Positions 60,335-64,000 of a DNA stretch of 64,000 nucleotides are shown one piece after another (position 1 is the first letter of the stretch; each line of letters starts with the position of its first letter). The notes beneath the pieces were generated by a model that was not told where the DNA came from, did not search any database, and saw nothing but the letters and a program-made list of their open reading frames with translations. Origin of the DNA: an uncultured Actinomycetes bacterium. GTDB taxonomy: Bacteria; Actinomycetota; Thermoleophilia; UBA2241. The DNA lies in NCBI GenBank assembly GCA_963755025.1, contig CAVWIH010000010.1, forward strand, positions 1-64,000. The letters are read 5' to 3'. Both the position numbers and the translations under genes were made by a program.

Positions 60335-61806
60335 GCGCCTGGGAGCCGGTCATCGGCCTCGAGGTCCACGTCGAGCTCGACACCGCGACCAAGATGTTCT
60401 GCGGCTGCGCGGTGACCAAGGGCGACGAGCCCAACACGCACACCTGCCCGGTCTGCCTGGCCCACCCGGGGGCGCTGCCGGTGGTCAACGAGCGCGCCGT
60501 CGAGTACGCCGCGCGCATCGCGCTGGCCCTGGGCTGCACGGTGCGGCCGCGCAGCATCTTCCACCGCAAGAACTACTTCTATCCCGACCTGCCCAAGGCC
60601 TATCAGATCAGCCAGTACGACGAGCCCCTGGCCGTGGCCGGTTCGTTCGACTACTGGGTGGGCGAGCGCAAGCTCTCGTGTCGCATCAACCGGGTGCACA
60701 TGGAAGAAGATGCCGCCAAGCTCATCCACGCGGGCGGCGAGGCCGGGCGCATCGCCGGCTCCGACTACTCCATGGTCGACTTCAACCGCGGCGGCACGCC
60801 GCTCATCGAGATCGTCGGCGAGCCCGACATTCCCTCGCCCGAAGCCGCCCGCGAGTTCCTGCAGCAGCTGCGCAACCTGGTCGTCGGCCTCGGCGTGAGC
60901 GAGTGCAACATGGAAGAAGGCCAGATCCGCTGGGACGCCAACCTGAGCGTGCGGCCGGCCGGCAGCACCGAGCTCGGCACGCGCACCGAGCTCAAGAACA
61001 TGAACAGCTTCCGCTACCTGCAGCAGGCCCTCGAGGCCGAGTTCCCGCGCCAGGTCGCCGTGCTCGAAGCCGGCGGCGCCATCGGCCAGGAGACCCTGCA
61101 CTTCGACCCCGAGACCGGCGTCACCACGCCGCTGCGCTCCAAAGAAGAGGCCCACGACTACCGCTACTTCCCCGAACCCGACCTCGTGCCGCTGACCACG
61201 AGCGAGGCCTGGATCGACGCCGTGCGCGCCGCGCTGCCCGAACTGCCCGCGGCCCGCGTCGAGCGCTTCAGCACCCAGTACGGGCTGTCGCGCTACGACG
61301 CCGCGGTGCTCGGTGGCGGGGCGGCCATGGCGGCCTTCTACGAAGAGCTCGTGGCCGAGGGCACCGACCCCAAGCTGGCCGCCAACTGGGCCATGGGCGA
61401 GTACTCGGCGCACCTGAACGCGGCCGGCCTCGAACCCGGCCACGGCCACGTGACCGCGCCGCGCCTGGCGGCCCTGCTGCGCCTCGTGACCGGCGGTCAG
61501 GTCTCCGGCACGGCCGCCAAGCAGGTCTTCGCCTACATGGTCGACGAGCGCGGCGAGCCGGCCGACATAGTGGCCCGCCACGACCTGGGCCAGGTCTCCG
61601 ACTCGAGCGAGCTCGAAGCCGCCGTGGCGGCCGTGCTGGCCGCGCACCCCGCGCAGGTCGAGCAGTACCACGCCGGCAAAGAGGCGCTGGCCGGCTTCTT
61701 CGTGGGCCAGGTCATGAAAGCGACGCAGGGCAAAGGCAACCCCCAGCTCGTCGGCGAGCTCGTGCGAGCGGCGCTCGCCGGCGACGAGCGTAAAGGACCG
61801 GCATGA
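60331..61806 (+). CDS. gatB: Asp/Glu-tRNA amidotransferase subunit B
   Basis: IGLEVH, KNYFYPDLPK, HMEED, YRYFPEPDL and GQVMK. Confidence 0.97.
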   Translation: MSAWEPVIGLEVHVELDTATKMFCGCAVTKGDEPNTHTCPVCLAHPGALPVVNERAVEYAARIALALGCTVRPRSIFHRKNYFYPDLPKAYQISQYDEPLAVAGSFDYWVGERKLSCRINRVHMEEDAAKLIHAGGEAGRIAGSDYSMVDFNRGGTPLIEIVGEPDIPSPEAAREFLQQLRNLVVGLGVSECNMEEGQIRWDANLSVRPAGSTELGTRTELKNMNSFRYLQQALEAEFPRQVAVLEAGGAIGQETLHFDPETGVTTPLRSKEEAHDYRYFPEPDLVPLTTSEAWIDAVRAALPELPAARVERFSTQYGLSRYDAAVLGGGAAMAAFYEELVAEGTDPKLAANWAMGEYSAHLNAAGLEPGHGHVTAPRLAALLRLVTGGQVSGTAAKQVFAYMVDERGEPADIVARHDLGQVSDSSELEAAVAAVLAAHPAQVEQYHAGKEALAGFFVGQVMKATQGKGNPQLVGELVRAALAGDERKGPA

Positions 61807-63085
61807 GCGAGTTCCGCCCAGGCGATCTGTCGAGCTTCATCATCGCCGAAGAGGCGCCGGCCGAAGGCCCGCCGGTGCGCATCGACGACACCACCCTGCG
61901 CGACGGCGAGCAGACCGCCGGCGTCGTGTTCTCGAACCACGAGAAGATCCGCATAGCGCGCCTGCTGGGCGACGTCGGCGTGCACCAGATCGAGGTCGGC
62001 ATCCCGGCCATGCTGGGCGACGAAAAGGCGGCCATCGCGCAGATCGTCGAGCTTGGTCTCAAGCCCTCGATCCTCGCCTGGAACCGCGCCGTCATCTCCG
62101 ACATCCAGCACTCCATCGACTGCGGCGTCGACGCCGTCGCCATCTCCATGTCGGCGAGCGACATCCACATCGAGCACAAGCTGGCCAAATCGAGGCAGTG
62201 GGTGCTCGACCAGATCCGCGAGTGCGTGGCCTTCGCCAAAGAGGCCGGCGTGTACGTGTCGGTGAACGCCGAAGACGCCTCGCGCGCCGACCTCGAGTTT
62301 CTGCTGCGCTTCGGGCGGGCCGCCAAGAAGAGGGCGCCGACCGCCTGCGCTTCTGCGACACGCTGGGCATTCTCGACCCCTTCGACACCTACAACGTGAT
62401 CAGCTTCCTCACCCGCCAGGGCCTCGAGATCGAGATGCACACCCACGACGACTTCGGCATGGCCACGGCCAACGCCCTGGCCGGCATCAAGGCCGGCGCG
62501 ACCTACGTGAACACCACGGTCAACGGCCTCGGCGAGCGCGCCGGCAACGCCGCCCTCGAAGAGGTCGTCATGGCCCTCAAGTTCCTGGGCCACGTCGACC
62601 TGGGGCTGCACACCTCGCAGTTCCGCGAGCTGTGCGAGTACGTGGCCGCCGCCTCGGCGCGCTCGATCCCCTCGTGGAAGAGCATCGTGGGCACCAACGT
62701 CTTCGCCCACGAATCGGGCATCCACGCCGACGGCGTCATCAAGAACCCGCTCAACTACGAGGCTTACGCCCCCGAAGACGTGGGCCTCGAGCGGCAGATC
62801 GTGGTGGGCAAGCACTCGGGCTCGCGCACCATCTACCGCAAGTTCCAGGAGTTCGGCATCGAGCTCTCCGACCACGACGCCAGCGAGATCCTGAAGATGG
62901 TCCGCCAGACGGCGATCGAGCTCAAGCGCGCGCTGTTCTCCAAGGAGATCATGTACATCTACCAGGACTACATCGCGAGTCTCGCCGCCGCCGCCGAAGC
63001 CGATGCCGCCGAGGCCCCCACTGCCGAGGCCCCCGCGGCCGCCGCCGGCGGCGCCGTCACGGCCACGCCGGCCGCCCGCGACTAG
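61803..63085 (+). CDS. Homocitrate synthase-like (NifV/AksA-type, DRE-TIM) enzyme; frameshift near 62328
   Basis: DTTLRDGEQ, EDASR, HTHDDFGMATAN, GLGERAGNA, HESGIH and GKHSG. No LeuA regulatory domain. Confidence 0.85.
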
Positions 63086-63086
63086 C

Positions 63087-64000
63087 ATGGCGGCCACCCT
63101 CGCCGAAAAGCTCATCGCCGCGCACGCCGGGCTCGACTCCGTGGCGCCCGGCCAGATCGTGGTCGCCCTGGTCGACGTGGCCATCGCCCAGGACGGCACC
63201 GGCCCGCTCGCCATCCAGCAGCTGCGCGACCTCGGCCGCGTGCACGTCAAGGTACCCACGGCTGTCTTCTTCATCGACCACGCGGCGCCCTCGCCGCGGG
63301 TCGAGCTCTCCAACGCCCACCAGCTCGTGCGGCGCTTCTGCGACGAGACCGGGGCCATCCTGTCCGACGTCGAGATGGGCGTCTGCCACCAGCGCGTGGC
63401 CGAGAGCTTCGCCAAGCCGGGCGACCTGGTGATTGGCGCCGACTCGCACACCTGCACCGCCGGCGCGCTGGGCGCCTTTGCCACCGGCATGGGCTCGACC
63501 GACGTCGCCATCGGCATGGCGACCGGCCAGACCTGGCTGCGCGTGCCCGAGACGCTGCGCGTAGAGGTCGGCGGGCGCTTCGCCGACGGCGTCGGCGCCA
63601 AAGACCTCATCCTCACCGTCATCGGCCGCCTGGGCGCCGACGGCGCCACCTACAAGGCGCTCGAGTTCGGCGGGCCGGCCATCGAGGCCCTGCCCATGCA
63701 CGAGCGTCTTACGCTCACCAACATGGCTGTCGAAGCCGGCGCCAAGACCGGCCTCATCGCCAGCGACGACGTCACCCGGGTGTTCCTGGCGGCCCAGGGC
63801 CGCCCCGACGACTACCGCGCCGTGGCCGCCGACCCGGGCGCCGCTTACGAACGCTCGCTGTCATTTTTGGCCGACGAGCTCGTGCCCATGGTCGCGGCGC
63901 CGCACACGGTCGACAACGTGCGCAGCGCCGCGTCGCTCGCCGGAACCAGGGTCGACCAGGTGCTGATCGGCACGTGCACCAACGGCCGCCTCGACGACCT
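63087..64000 (+). CDS. Isopropylmalate/homoaconitate dehydratase large subunit (LeuC/HacA type), 3'-truncated by window
   Basis: [36 protein letters not shown] and IGTCTNGR. Confidence 0.92.
   Translation, partial: MAATLAEKLIAAHAGLDSVAPGQIVVALVDVAIAQDGTGPLAIQQLRDLGRVHVKVPTAVFFIDHAAPSPRVELSNAHQLVRRFCDETGAILSDVEMGVCHQRVAESFAKPGDLVIGADSHTCTAGALGAFATGMGSTDVAIGMATGQTWLRVPETLRVEVGGRFADGVGAKDLILTVIGRLGADGATYKALEFGGPAIEALPMHERLTLTNMAVEAGAKTGLIASDDVTRVFLAAQGRPDDYRAVAADPGAAYERSLSFLADELVPMVAAPHTVDNVRSAASLAGTRVDQVLIGTCTNGRLDD

Overview
High-GC bacterial chromosome segment, most consistent with an anaerobic or facultative Actinomycetota lineage such as Thermoleophilia. This is inferred from CarD, ClgR-like boxes and an actinobacterial-type OtsA combined with a Firmicute-like coaX-dus-greA-lysS order. 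Many single-base frameshifts, including in the normally essential tilS and ftsH, point to an imperfectly polished long-read assembly. Contents in order: (i) methylamine/amino-acid catabolic block (MttB-family methyltransferase, C45 hydrolase with an in-frame TAG, YbjQ, PucR, SDR, Lrp, ald); (ii) tRNA-fMet and the core cluster tilS-hpt-ftsH-folEPBK-nadBC-coaX-dusB-greA-lysS-clpC-radA-carD-ispDF; (iii) mixed genes including a V4R-GGDEF fusion, argS, tRNA-Gly, M23 and ImmA/IrrE peptidases and a treT-otsA-GT4 trehalose cluster; (iv) a C1 operon fhs-fchA-folD-nuoE/F-like with a candidate Rex box; (v) an uncharacterised module of Lrp, APC permease, metallophosphoesterase and a nucleotidyltransferase-fold protein, which is the best candidate for an undescribed system; (vi) cspA and gatCAB coupled to a homocitrate-synthase-like gene and a LeuC/HacA gene. 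No CRISPR array, rRNA, integrase or transposase was seen.
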